Source: Tetramitus jugosus
Taxonomy: Eukaryota; Protista; Heterolobosea
Direction of reading: 5' to 3'
Assembly (NCBI GenBank): GCA_937625935.1
Contig: OW569360.1
Coordinates: 62,001-126,000 of the forward strand
Length of the DNA: 64,000 nucleotides
The translations under genes and the position numbers were made by a program. Of the stretch, positions 12,301 through 22,700 are shown one piece after another. Each line of letters starts with the position of its first letter. Within the stretch, counting starts at the first letter, position 1. The notes under the pieces are model-generated. The model was given only the letters and a program-made list of their open reading frames with translations, had not been told where the DNA came from and ran no database searches.

Positions 12301-12382
12301 GAGTGAAGAGACAAAAGACGAGTTTGATGATGATGCAATGTTACAGGATCTTATTGATACCGAACTACGAAGTATAATATAA
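9323..12382 (+). CDS. RecQ-family 3'-5' DNA helicase (BLM/Sgs1-like; helicase-RQC-HRDC)
   Basis: MPTGGGKSLCYQLP, VVDEAHCVSTWGHDFRPDY, ALTATA, ATVAFGMGIDK, QASGRAGRDG, Zn site CRR...CNKRCDNC, and HRDC VPAYVI...KYG. Confidence 0.95.
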   Translation: MVNNKRKRIIDDENDSDDELLPKHLLQSSSNHSNNSNNHFHQQTLAPPQKRINRRQPKIISYIPSQSSSSSLSSSPTALKTAFKDDGDDEGVVILLSDDENENDQHREQNNDDDEKKSVNHSRVISLKHNVNIQKMNDYHSDSINDINDDGDLMNAMMDDHQSEMQNHRVVTRSQIMKQNQSLPMKTTHIHNFKELAERYSMCLERLLSDVTDENMRRVREEARQLDATLRHLSIIQKNQSNVILGEDEEDEVDFLDTAEEENRPNSSLFDEEEYNDDADELLGDAAQYMHGDDEEIVIMDDDDDDVDYVPSIKGKGLVSIPAVAGDVNTDFSSTDFPWTNKIEKVMKDSFGLSQFRDLQREAINASMSNRDVLVIMPTGGGKSLCYQLPASVSNGVTIVISPLLALMDDQTAALTDLGIGASFFSGDQTRQQAKTMMDDMMKLRFKLVYVTPEKMTRSKTFQKNLQKLYERKQLEKFVVDEAHCVSTWGHDFRPDYREITQIKRQFFPKVPTIALTATATQQVIQDIIRNLNFKDKHVIFKGSFNRPNLVYHVKPKGTHEATMKDISTWITSQHPNQCGIIYCLSKKDTEKVAGALNAQKIVSAPYHAGMDTAQRMRVAGLWRQDKVKVIVATVAFGMGIDKPNVRFVIHHSFPKSIEDYYQASGRAGRDGGLSNCVLFYGTKDRTRNFTLTSPDPNSMDALNRIVNYCESTSCRRVMLIQHFGEAFDEKDCNKRCDNCMAEGEIAKEDVSEDARNLLRVIQATKGKCTLVHCVLVWRGSQNKKITELKHQTLDGFGTGKGVKLDKANKISSQLLASGYIRESRKDNQYGTWSLVSVNALKSKKLLKGQEQFYLTTRKIIAPKENTLTQMLPSSSSVNDTNIELRGILSDLRGEISREVDVPAYVIIPEQSLIQLVEKKPTTVEGLHSIVQFGHEKIVKYGLRIINTIRQFLQQPMSAEEAGHAKEQIALLSTESIRSTISLPDLKEKELQVSEETKDEFDDDAMLQDLIDTELRSII

Positions 12383-15300
12383 ATCGTTCAGGATGCTTTG
12401 TATCTCCTTGAACGATGGTCTTTGGCTAGCGTCAGCGCTCCAACATTTTGTCATGAGATTAATATACTGCGTGGCTTGTTCTTGGTTCATCTTACGTCGG
12501 TTGCACCACTCTTCCATTCCTTGATCATCAATCCATGGGAATTGAGGCCGCTTTCCGGCAACCACCTCTAAACCGATGGTAAATAGGGATGCATGCTCTT
12601 CAACATGCAAGGCTTTTGTTTGGAACAGTAGTTCAAACATTAACATAGAAAATGCATAAATTTCAGTCTGCTCTGATTGAGTTTTGCAATCCAAAACCTC
12701 AGGGGCCATGTAGTGGATATTTGATAGAGTAGGTTCTGGTGAGAGTTGTCTACAAAGTCCAGGATCGATTAACTTGATGTGGAATTCGTTGTCTACCATT
12801 ATGTTCTGAAGATGCAGCTCTCTGCACAAAGAATGTTGTTCATAAATTATGTAGCACATTGCACTACAAATCTCGGTTAGAATTCGTAGCTTCTGATTGA
12901 ATGGAATCTCTTGTGACGTGATGAGTTGACTAGCTGTTTTACAGTCTCCATACTCTGTGAGTAATAAAACACAATCCCTGTCAATACACACACCATAAAC
13001 TTGTGCTATGCGGGGATGCTGATACGACATCATTTTCTCACATTCAGAAGCGGCCAATCGTTTTTCCTCTGATGAAACGGCTCTCCTGCTAATGATTCTC
13101 TTCACAAAAATATTCTCACCTCTAGCAATCAACTGACCTTTGAATAATGATTCAGTACCAGATATGAAGTGATGCAATGAAATATCTTTCAAAAAATAAG
13201 TGAATGAAGTTTTTGAATGTGCAAGAGATGCAAAATCACTGTCCAATAACCTCTCTCTCATCGATGCTACGTTGGCTTTGCTCGTAGAGCGTTTGTAGAA
13301 GCACAACAAGAAAACTAACACCAATACCACCGAGATGAAACAAATGAGGAATATCGAGCTCGGAATTACTGTTGCCAGAATCAGCCTCACATTTGCACGA
13401 GTTCTGAACTTTGGTGGACTCGTTTCCACGGGTATATGAAACGAGTTAAATCTCGATACATCATTATTGTCTGTCGTGATCAAGTGCATATACCTTGAGT
13501 CTGGAGACGAGGTCATAACACGAAGAGACGATCTAGCCTGCTTTTTTGGTAAGGCGTGTTGTATCACGATCGTCTGAGTAGCTAAATCCATTTGAAGGAC
13601 CACTTCATCAGTGACAATATACACACTTTCTTCATCCGTGCTCAATGTGCACCGAATAATGGAGCAAACAGTTTCATTAGTCTTGAATGTAAATGATCTT
13701 ACTATTGGTAAGTCAGGATAAGTGGGATCAATGACATCGATCCGGCACATTCGTCTCACTTGGGACGAGGTGCCCATGTACATGTATGAACCTTTTTTGA
13801 ACAGGCAGCTACCCGTTTCATTCTTAAACACCTCTCTATAACCAGTGAGCGTCAATGAATTCAAATTAATTCTCACTAAAGATTTTTGACTTCCCCCCGA
13901 AGAGAAAAGAAAGACTGTATTCTTCTCTTCGTCATGCCAGAACACCTTTGAAAAGGAAACATAACCACCCACAGACCGATAGTCAATGTTGATCACTGAT
14001 TGCTCCTCAACAACTCCTTCTTCTAAGTTGATCCTCATATAATTCAGCGTATTTGTTGAAATATAGTGCAGATACTGCTGATTTGCATCAAAACCAATGA
14101 AAGAAGTCCTAGGATATCTCCATGGAACGAATTGATTATAGGAAATCGTCAATGAACGAAGGTTCACTTTGCTGATATGGGCTCCTGCAGCAGTGTTGTC
14201 ACCATAACTCTGAATCACATACCCGTAATCACCATCTCCCCGAAAGCAAGTGAGTACTTGATTCGGATCAACACTAAAAGATAAACCCTTCATGTGAACA
14301 TAGCTTGATTGTGCCAATGTTTTTGAATATTTAAAGTTGTACTGTTCGAGACGCGATGGGGCAGAGTTCAAATTCAATCCTGTACCAATAATAATAATAT
14401 GACTATCGGGTTGAGGAACATCATGCTCAATTGTAAATAAACAATTGACTCCATCTTTCAAATTATAGAATGCCCATTCATTCTTGTTTGCTAAATCCTC
14501 AATCGTATAGCGAGCGGAAAAGGCAGCCATATTTGTTATCAGCATATTGGACTCAAGAGCTTCGTAGTCACGATAGGAGATTGAGTAAAAAGGTAACAGT
14601 GATGTGGTGAAAAGCAACACATTTGATGTTGCTTTTGGCTCACCCAACTGGAGGATCATTCGATACTCGATTGAATACGTGAACCTTTTCGAAGTAGCGA
14701 AACTTGAGGATATCACCTCTCGACTCGCCAGCAGTACAGTGGATCCCGTAGCACTCAATGACGAATAGAGAAACATATCTTGGGTAGAGTTACTGAATTC
14801 ATTCAAGTCAATAAACTTAACAATTTTGTTCGACGGAATATCGTAATGAATGAGATAAAACGGTGCCCCAACGTCTTTTGTACCATAAAAATCAACACTA
14901 GCATGCACTTTGCCATAAATCATCACAATAGATTCATAATCATGAGAATGATGATACCGTACAATCACAGAATAATCAATCGATTTGGGCAACATGAGCG
15001 TCACTGTTTGCTGAACAGCCAAAGAATTGAGATCCTTCTTATACAATGCATACTGGAATTGTTCCGATGAAGTCATGGTATTCAGCGCAATCATATTGTC
15101 ACCCGGTATCATCACAAAATAGAGAGAAGTCGCCGAATAGATATTGTTGGGAAATGATGTGAATAGCATTGTTTCAATGTTGAGATCCCTCACCTTGATT
15201 TCATGCGGCGTTTTCCAAACAATACGCAACAGATTATTGCTTGCTGAAGCAACAGCATCGTCCAACAAGCCCATATCCACATCCACGTGCTCTGTCAGCG

Positions 15301-16018
15301 GTGCCGTACGGATCGAAAAGGCAAACGGGCACTCTACCGCCCCCATTCTCACAATTTCCCTTTTCGTAATCGAATATTTGACAATAACTGATGATTTGAC
15401 ATCCCGGGACGAGTCTCCATACATGACCAACAAGTAATACTTGTAAAGATGGGACTGTGCATTCGACAAGTGTTCATATCGACCTGTGATCCAATGTTGT
15501 CCCAACACAATCATGTCCAACACTTCCTTTTCTTTTTCATTGTCCATTGCATACGTCAATGAGATGATTTTTGGATTGTTGCTCGAGTGATAACCAGGAT
15601 AAGTAGTTGTTGCATCGAATCGAACAATGGTAGCAAAATCAGAGTTTGATACACCGAGAATCACTTGACTCTTCTCAAATGGATCGTGAACCATGGGTCC
15701 AAAATCTCCCACTGTACGCAATCCTTTTTGACCAACCATTTGAAATGCTTTTTTGTTGTTAGTTGTTGTTGTTTGATTGAAAAATAAGCTTCTTTGATCA
15801 TTCTTGTTGTCGTTGTTGTGAACATTATGCTTGATATTGATGTTGATATTGTAAGCATGGAGAGAATTTTGTAATGGTTGTTGTTGTTGTTGAGAGATTG
15901 CAGAAGAGAAAAGGATGAGGAGACATAGAAGGAAGAGGGTGGTAGTGGTGGTGGTGGTGGTGGTGGATGTTGAATGGAAAAGGGAGAGTCGTAATGACGA
16001 TGATGACAACATCGACAT
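12365..16018 (-). CDS. Single-pass receptor-like TKL (pseudo)kinase with a large beta-rich ectodomain
   Basis: Signal peptide, ~830-aa ectodomain, TM LILATVIPSSIFLICFISVVLVLVFLLCFY, and a kinase fold (HPRIAQVYGVC, YMAPEVL, CWSADASQRPSF) with degenerate catalytic motifs. Confidence 0.85.
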   Translation of the reverse strand: MSMLSSSSLRLSLFHSTSTTTTTTTTTLFLLCLLILFSSAISQQQQQPLQNSLHAYNININIKHNVHNNDNKNDQRSLFFNQTTTTNNKKAFQMVGQKGLRTVGDFGPMVHDPFEKSQVILGVSNSDFATIVRFDATTTYPGYHSSNNPKIISLTYAMDNEKEKEVLDMIVLGQHWITGRYEHLSNAQSHLYKYYLLVMYGDSSRDVKSSVIVKYSITKREIVRMGAVECPFAFSIRTAPLTEHVDVDMGLLDDAVASASNNLLRIVWKTPHEIKVRDLNIETMLFTSFPNNIYSATSLYFVMIPGDNMIALNTMTSSEQFQYALYKKDLNSLAVQQTVTLMLPKSIDYSVIVRYHHSHDYESIVMIYGKVHASVDFYGTKDVGAPFYLIHYDIPSNKIVKFIDLNEFSNSTQDMFLYSSLSATGSTVLLASREVISSSFATSKRFTYSIEYRMILQLGEPKATSNVLLFTTSLLPFYSISYRDYEALESNMLITNMAAFSARYTIEDLANKNEWAFYNLKDGVNCLFTIEHDVPQPDSHIIIIGTGLNLNSAPSRLEQYNFKYSKTLAQSSYVHMKGLSFSVDPNQVLTCFRGDGDYGYVIQSYGDNTAAGAHISKVNLRSLTISYNQFVPWRYPRTSFIGFDANQQYLHYISTNTLNYMRINLEEGVVEEQSVINIDYRSVGGYVSFSKVFWHDEEKNTVFLFSSGGSQKSLVRINLNSLTLTGYREVFKNETGSCLFKKGSYMYMGTSSQVRRMCRIDVIDPTYPDLPIVRSFTFKTNETVCSIIRCTLSTDEESVYIVTDEVVLQMDLATQTIVIQHALPKKQARSSLRVMTSSPDSRYMHLITTDNNDVSRFNSFHIPVETSPPKFRTRANVRLILATVIPSSIFLICFISVVLVLVFLLCFYKRSTSKANVASMRERLLDSDFASLAHSKTSFTYFLKDISLHHFISGTESLFKGQLIARGENIFVKRIISRRAVSSEEKRLAASECEKMMSYQHPRIAQVYGVCIDRDCVLLLTEYGDCKTASQLITSQEIPFNQKLRILTEICSAMCYIIYEQHSLCRELHLQNIMVDNEFHIKLIDPGLCRQLSPEPTLSNIHYMAPEVLDCKTQSEQTEIYAFSMLMFELLFQTKALHVEEHASLFTIGLEVVAGKRPQFPWIDDQGMEEWCNRRKMNQEQATQYINLMTKCWSADASQRPSFKEIQSILNDLYYTS

Positions 16019-16391
16019 GTTCTCAGAGTTGTTCTTGTTGTGTTTGTTGCTTAGTTTTGTTGTTGAGCAGCAAACAACAACAAGGGCAGCGCTTTAATTA
16101 TTTTCTCCGTTTTGTTGTTTTTCTGTGGTTGTTCTGCTGGGGGAGTTTCCATTTCGTGGTGGGAATAGGAAGGCAGCGAACGAAATGTTGGGGGTCGGAG
16201 GTCTTTCTCTTTTGAACAACATGTTTGTTATCCCTGGTTGTTGCCAGTTGTAGGCAACATTCTAGTTGCGATGACATTTAAATGTAGTTGCAAGCGGAAG
16301 AGCTCCCCACGATACGCTAGCCAGAGTGTTTCGACGCAAAAGATTTTGCAGATATATTTAGATTTTCATTCAATTTTTGTTGATTATATGA

Positions 16392-16464
16392 GGTCGTTTA
16401 GCTCAGTCGGTAGAGCGTTGGTCTAATAAGCCATTGGTCGCAGGTTCGATCCCTGCAACGACCA
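16392..16464 (+). tRNA. tRNA-Ile (anticodon AAT)
   Basis: Cloverleaf with acceptor GGTCGTT/AACGACC, D arm GCTC/GAGC, anticodon loop CTAATAA, T arm GCAGG-TTCGATC-CCTGC and discriminator A. No encoded CCA. An oligo-T Pol III terminator follows. Confidence 0.95.
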
Positions 16465-16488
16465 CTCTTTTTCAATCCATTGTCACAT

Positions 16489-18444
16489 TTATTGATCTTC
16501 GAATTTCAGCAAGTCTTTGGATGTTTCACTCTGAACTGTGGGGCTGTCGTTTCGAGCTGGAGAAGTGATTGTAGGTTCATCTTCCCCCTCACTCTCGCTG
16601 TCTGACAAGGCGACAAAGGCATCATTTTCGTGCCATTGCTTTCTTTTTGTCAACCGCAAAGTGCCGTGATCGTCGGGCAGGTCGACACACCAGATCAGAC
16701 ACGATGTTAAGACGAACAAGGTAATGCAGATTATGTATTGCAGAACATATCCGAAACCCTTAGACATCTGATTTCCTTTGTCAATGATGACACCAAAGAG
16801 AGGACTGGCAATCAGATCTGGAAGATTCTGCGATATATTCCACAGTGCAAGATCCTTCGCTCTCTCCTTCTCAGAGGGCAGCACCGCATTCACAAGAGCC
16901 AGATCGACGGATATATACGCACCGACACCTAATCCCATCAGTACACCACACAATAGAAAAATATTGTAATCCAGTGAACCAATCATGACTGCTGCTGAAA
17001 AAGCACACAGTATACCTGAAATGAACACAAGCATTCGTCTACCAACCAGATCAGCCAATTTGCTGCTGGAGAGTGAGCTAATCACGCTAAATATAAATGC
17101 AACACCCATAAAGAGTGATTGTGCTTGTTCGTCAGTCCTTGGAAATCCATTCCATTTCAACAACTTGTACGCGCCAGCAATTTTCATCGTGTCTCTAATA
17201 AAGAACAGGAAGAATGACTTGATGGAACTATTACCAAGAGTCATAATGAATCGAGTAATGAACACCCATGTAAAATTCCAACTTCTGAATGGACGAGTAA
17301 ACGAAGACACGAAAAATGTGCTCGTATCGACAATGCCCGTATGACTCGTGCCCAATTGATCAACAGGCAAATACTCAAACTCTGGTTGCTCCTCCCACAG
17401 TGAGTGCTCATCTTCGTCACTCTGTCCATGGTCTTCCTCTCTCAACAAGGATTTTTCTTCCGACTGCTTGAGTCTATGATCCAAGTTATTGCTTCTTCTG
17501 AACGGTATCAACGACACCATGGACAACAGAAGAATCGAACAAACAATTGTACATAACCATATCGGTTTCATTCGATCATAAATCATTCCCATGACCACAA
17601 CACCAATGACTGCGCCCGTGAGATTCGAACAACCCACAACCGCCGAAATACTATTGTATTGCTCTCTGGGGAAAAAATCCGGTAACAAGGCAATAAACGG
17701 AGTGGTTCCCACAGCATAAAACATTTTGCCAAGTGCAGACACCAGAGTATACAGCAAAAACATTTGATTTCTCTTTGACTTATCACTCACATCGATCATG
17801 ACGTACCATGACACGATCAATGGACGAACCATGATGGAAACAATCCAAACCAGTGTGCCCATCACCACAAATGGCAACCTTGACTTTTGAGTCACATGAT
17901 CACTAATGAATCCAGTCACCGGGCCTGCAATAGAAAACAATACGGCAGCATACATGACAATGATACCTAATTTACTGGCCTTATCCTCATCACCCACCAT
18001 TTCAATGACTTGTTTAGGCATGAGAACAGCCATAATGAACGACATGGACATTGCCATACTAATGTTGAATATGGAATAGGCAATTACCATGTATATCGGT
18101 TGTCTAAACAGTGTGCTTGTCGTCGTTGGTCCATTATCGTCACCACCTGTATGATGTGGCTGATTATCGTTATTATTATTATTAGTGCTAATATTGTTAT
18201 TGTTATGAGTTGTTACAATTGGGCTGCCACTGGTGAGAGAAGATGAATAGCTTTGTCTATCTTTCAGAGTATTCTTCTTGTCATCGTCATCATCATCATC
18301 ACCGTCCATCACTATGATATTGTCGACGTCTTCTTGTCTTGTATGTACATGATTGTTGTTGATCACTGTTGTGTGATGGTGATCGTCATCAACAAATGAT
18401 GATGGATCTATCACTGGATTCTCTTGTGAAGAAGAATCGTCCAT
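16489..18444 (-). CDS. Major facilitator superfamily transporter (12 TM)
   Basis: Two 6-TM halves with a central loop. Motif A-like GFISDH...R and SKLADLVGRR; also GAYISVDLAL and AKDLALWN. Confidence 0.88.
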   Translation of the reverse strand: MDDSSSQENPVIDPSSFVDDDHHHTTVINNNHVHTRQEDVDNIIVMDGDDDDDDDKKNTLKDRQSYSSSLTSGSPIVTTHNNNNISTNNNNNDNQPHHTGGDDNGPTTTSTLFRQPIYMVIAYSIFNISMAMSMSFIMAVLMPKQVIEMVGDEDKASKLGIIVMYAAVLFSIAGPVTGFISDHVTQKSRLPFVVMGTLVWIVSIMVRPLIVSWYVMIDVSDKSKRNQMFLLYTLVSALGKMFYAVGTTPFIALLPDFFPREQYNSISAVVGCSNLTGAVIGVVVMGMIYDRMKPIWLCTIVCSILLLSMVSLIPFRRSNNLDHRLKQSEEKSLLREEDHGQSDEDEHSLWEEQPEFEYLPVDQLGTSHTGIVDTSTFFVSSFTRPFRSWNFTWVFITRFIMTLGNSSIKSFFLFFIRDTMKIAGAYKLLKWNGFPRTDEQAQSLFMGVAFIFSVISSLSSSKLADLVGRRMLVFISGILCAFSAAVMIGSLDYNIFLLCGVLMGLGVGAYISVDLALVNAVLPSEKERAKDLALWNISQNLPDLIASPLFGVIIDKGNQMSKGFGYVLQYIICITLFVLTSCLIWCVDLPDDHGTLRLTKRKQWHENDAFVALSDSESEGEDEPTITSPARNDSPTVQSETSKDLLKFEDQ

Positions 18445-18737
18445 TTGTCGTTCGAGAGAGTTAGGTAGCTACCGGTTGTCTTGTTGTTCTGATGTCGTGG
18501 CACGCTGTTGTTGGAGCTTTCTCAAGGAGGGAAAAATCAGATTGACCCCGAACAAATTTCTCCATTTGATCAAAAGACCGAGAATCACCGACAGCCGAAA
18601 GTTGATGGATGTTGTGACGCCGAGTTAAACAACGCAACAAACATTCCAAACGGTAGCAACAGTGTGACGTATCGTGTCTCTTTCATTTAGCCCCACTTTT
18701 TTCATTTCAAGAATTTATGCGAAACCAGAGGGAAACA

Positions 18738-19517
18738 ATGACTGACAAGCGACGGCTGCCATCTACGATTTTTTTGCTCGTGTTATCCATTTTTTGGCTG
18801 CATTGCTGCTCTGTTTTTGTCTCGTCGTCTGATGTTGCTGTTCCCATTGGACAGAGACAAGTGAGAAAGCTTACGACAATCACAAGATCTGGAACGGTTC
18901 ACAGTGGCTCCTCGCCATACTCTAGGACAATGTACTTGCTGAATCCACATGCTCTGTTGTTTGATATTACTGATGTGTATGGTATCAATGCAACAGTGTC
19001 TTGCACGTCGAGTAACACGACACTGCCTGGTGATAATAACTGTCGTGTCAAGTATTTATCGCAGCAGCAGTTTAATGAGTTGGCTCAGGTGAGCTCAATG
19101 AACGGATTGGACAGTGTCGATTCACTGTATGAATCTCCTAGGTTTGGATCAGAGAATGAAGTGGTTCTTCCAAGCTTTTCAACGAGTAATGACTCGACTT
19201 CGTTCAGAGATGCGTTCACAGAGTTCTTGGTGGTTGTTTTCTTGGACAATGATCAATCTTCGAGTTTCACTTACAATGTAACTGCCCAACTCACGTGTGG
19301 TCATGTCGTAAGAGAGATTGACTTGTCCAAAGAAACTACCACGACTATTATTGTCGTGGCTGTTGTTGTTCCTCTAGGCACTCTCTTGCTTCTCATTCTC
19401 TTTGTATCTGTTGTTGCATGTCTTCTGTACAGAAGACACAAGGCAAAGAATCAAAGTGATGGTACCGCGCAGACAACCCAATCCTTGGAATTGCACGAAA
19501 TAAAGGATTCACAGTAG
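18738..19517 (+). CDS. Uncharacterised type I membrane protein
   Basis: Signal peptide (IFLLVLSIFWLHCC), ~170-aa ectodomain, TM IIVVAVVVPLGTLLLLILFVSVVACLLY followed by RRHK. Alternative ATG at 18717. Confidence 0.7.
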   Translation: MTDKRRLPSTIFLLVLSIFWLHCCSVFVSSSDVAVPIGQRQVRKLTTITRSGTVHSGSSPYSRTMYLLNPHALLFDITDVYGINATVSCTSSNTTLPGDNNCRVKYLSQQQFNELAQVSSMNGLDSVDSLYESPRFGSENEVVLPSFSTSNDSTSFRDAFTEFLVVVFLDNDQSSSFTYNVTAQLTCGHVVREIDLSKETTTTIIVVAVVVPLGTLLLLILFVSVVACLLYRRHKAKNQSDGTAQTTQSLELHEIKDSQ

Positions 19518-19757
19518 TTAATTCGACCAGTTCTGGATTGCGTTCGGTTTGTTGGTTTGGAGTCAAGAAACCTTGCAAATCGTTCGAAAACAGAATGTCG
19601 CGGAAGACGTTTTAAAAATTCGTTTAGAAGGACTTTCATCAGCTGAGAGAGAGCCAGCACAAAGCACTTTAAAGTATTGGTGCCAATAAATGATTTTCGA
19701 ACGGGAAAATCAAAATCTGAAACACATGAAAAAAAGATCCTACAAGAAAAAAAGAAA

Positions 19758-22700
19758 ATGACGTTTGCAAGCAACAACGAACATTCAGAACACAACAACG
19801 ATAATAACAACAACTGTGATCACGAGGATGAAATGAGGATGCAAACACCACAACAAGCACCTCCATCACCACCACCTACAGACTCTTCCTCTCACTCATC
19901 AGACACTGATCAGACTGGTGATCCAACGGCTCACACAGAGCTACAACAACAATTGGTCAATGTTCACACCAACAATGATGAAAGCTATGCAATAACCCAA
20001 TCAACCATTGATCAACAACCATCAACATCAATCATCAATGAACAACATTATCAGCAGGAACCATCGACACCTCCATCTGAAATGGAACACAATGAACTTG
20101 TGCAGAGTGCAAACAAATCACCACCACCACCACCACATTCACCCTCACACTCTCCCACTCGAACCACATCATCCTCACCATCACTATCATCATCATCATC
20201 ATCATCTTTGTCACTCTCTGCAATAACAAACGAAAAGGATGCACTCAATCAATCAACGTTGACTCTTGAACAAAAATCAATGACAACAACAACAATTGAC
20301 AACAGTAACAAGAAAAACAACAACAACAACACAACATATGACGAGCAAAACATTGTAGTGAGTGATCATCATTGTCAATCTCCTGCAGCAGCTGCCACAA
20401 CTGCTGTGACTCCCCTCTCAAACGAACCGTCTATATTTTTGCAAAATTTTAATGCGTTAGGAGATCTTCCACTGCACTTGCTCAACAATATTGACTTTTC
20501 CTTTGCTATTCCATTCCCGAATATAGATGCGAACAGTATGGCCAACAACAGTGCTGATGTCAGTAGTTTTGTCTCATTGCAACTTCCTCCACTTGATCCC
20601 ATGACCTTCCAACTGCCACCATCCTTGGCAGCGCAACACAGTGGCCATTCAGGTCCTCCAAAGCCACAGAGAATGAACGCTGTTGCGACTGCTGATGATG
20701 ATGACAACGGCGCAGATGATGAAATGCAAGGTACGAGTAATGAACAACAACAGAATGAATCTCAGCATGCGTCAACCTTCTTTCCAAATGACATCAAGGA
20801 AAGTATGATTGAAATATTGCACAAATTAACAATGACACAACTGGTTTCACTGCTTGAAACGAACAAACTGTTCAACAAGGTCACTGTCAGGGCAAAATTA
20901 TCAAAGAAGAGTGCAAGAAGAGGTCGGAGAGCCAAGGACTCTGGCACACTTGAGTATGCTGAAAGTGCAGTCATCAGGAAAAAGTATTATATTGCAATTG
21001 TTGACTATATTGTTTCTGTTGGAGCAAAACATTTCTTTGCCGAGTTAGACAGATCAGATATGCGTGCCACTTTGAAGGAGTTAATTGAAAAATATGATCC
21101 ATCGAGTGGTGAAGAACTGATCACTAGTGAAGAGAAGAAGATTGTAGCTCAACAAGTTGGAGATGTAGACAAATTGATCAAATCTCAGTTGCGACCCTAT
21201 GTTAAGGAATACTACAAATTGCTCGGTTTTGAAGGTGTTATGAAAGAATTGAGCCACAACACACTCAAGTTATATAGAGAAGTTCTTGAATTCCCTGAGA
21301 ATGAAGCCGAGAACAACGAAAAAGAAACCTTGATGGATGCCGTCCTTGAGGAAATATTTTTACATGGCGCAAAACACTTTTTAGGAAAGTGCAAGAAGGA
21401 CTTTCTTTGTCAGTGTGCAAAGAGGTTTGGATGCAGTGTAAAGGACGGTATTCAGAAGGATCATGTGGTAGCACTTATCTTGTCACAAGAATTCTCGACC
21501 CTTGCTACAGACTCTCTAAGAAGCATCTATTCAACTATTCCAATTGAACAGCCAGAACCTGAATCTGAATCTGAATCTGATCAAGAGCTCCAGCCAGATG
21601 TTCCAGAGAAAGTTCATACACCTCGTCAGAAAACTCTCCGATCAGAGAGTGAAGATGAACAAAAAACGCCCAGTAGGATCAAGGTTCGTGTTAAGCATAG
21701 GGACAATGATCGGCCGTCTATTAAAAAGGGAGTAACTCTTGACGACCTTCTTGGCTTCTACTTGCATGAGGAACTCCGTAATTTCTGTAGATATAACAAG
21801 ATGAATTATAATGGATCGAAGAACGATTTTGCTGAGCGAATTTTGAAATACTTGGAAGAGAATGAACCGATTTGGCAACTTCCTCCGGTTAAGAAGAAGC
21901 GGGCGCGGGAGGAGAAACCTGTAGATGACGCAGATGAGCTAAATTTCTCTTCGTCCAGTGACGAGGAGACGACCAAGCCCAGAAAGCAACACACTCCAAA
22001 GAAAGATAGTGTTGTACGGGCCTCAAAGAAACCAAGATTGTCCTCAGCCAGAGGTCAACAGGAGAGTCTAGTTTTGGAGAGAAGGCCAGTTGTTCTCTTG
22101 ACACCAAAACAACCTCCGAAGAAGTCGATCACTATGGCACCTGCCTCCACAAAGAAGTCAGTCGAACCACAAGAGAAGTCTCAAACATCTCACTTGACAG
22201 TTTCAGAGCGCATGGCGCCAAGCTTCGCCGTTACTCATGATATCCCAAGAGAATCTACAACCCTTCAAACATCAGAGCCACCTCGATCTCCTGCACAGGA
22301 TAGTTATCAGCAAACAGAGAACACTCTGCAGGAAGTTACTCCAGAGAATGTAGTGATCAATAAAGCAGAGAGAGAAATAGCAGCGAATGTAACGGAAGAG
22401 GAGATAGAACAAGGGATAGAAATGGAGATAGAAATGGAAATGGAGAAGGTAAGAGAGAATATAGCAGAGATTGCAACAGAAAGTGTAGCGGAAAATGTGG
22501 TAGAACAGGTAACAGAGGAGGTTACTGTCCCATCAACATCCAAAATGGAGCATGAAGAAATGTACCATGAGAGTGAGCAAACTCAGATACCAATGCAACC
22601 TGAGAGACCCTATGAATCACCTTCGGAAGAACCAATCGACACAAGTCTGAAGGAAATCGAAATGGAGTTCGCAATGGAGACAGAAATGGAGGATGAAAAG

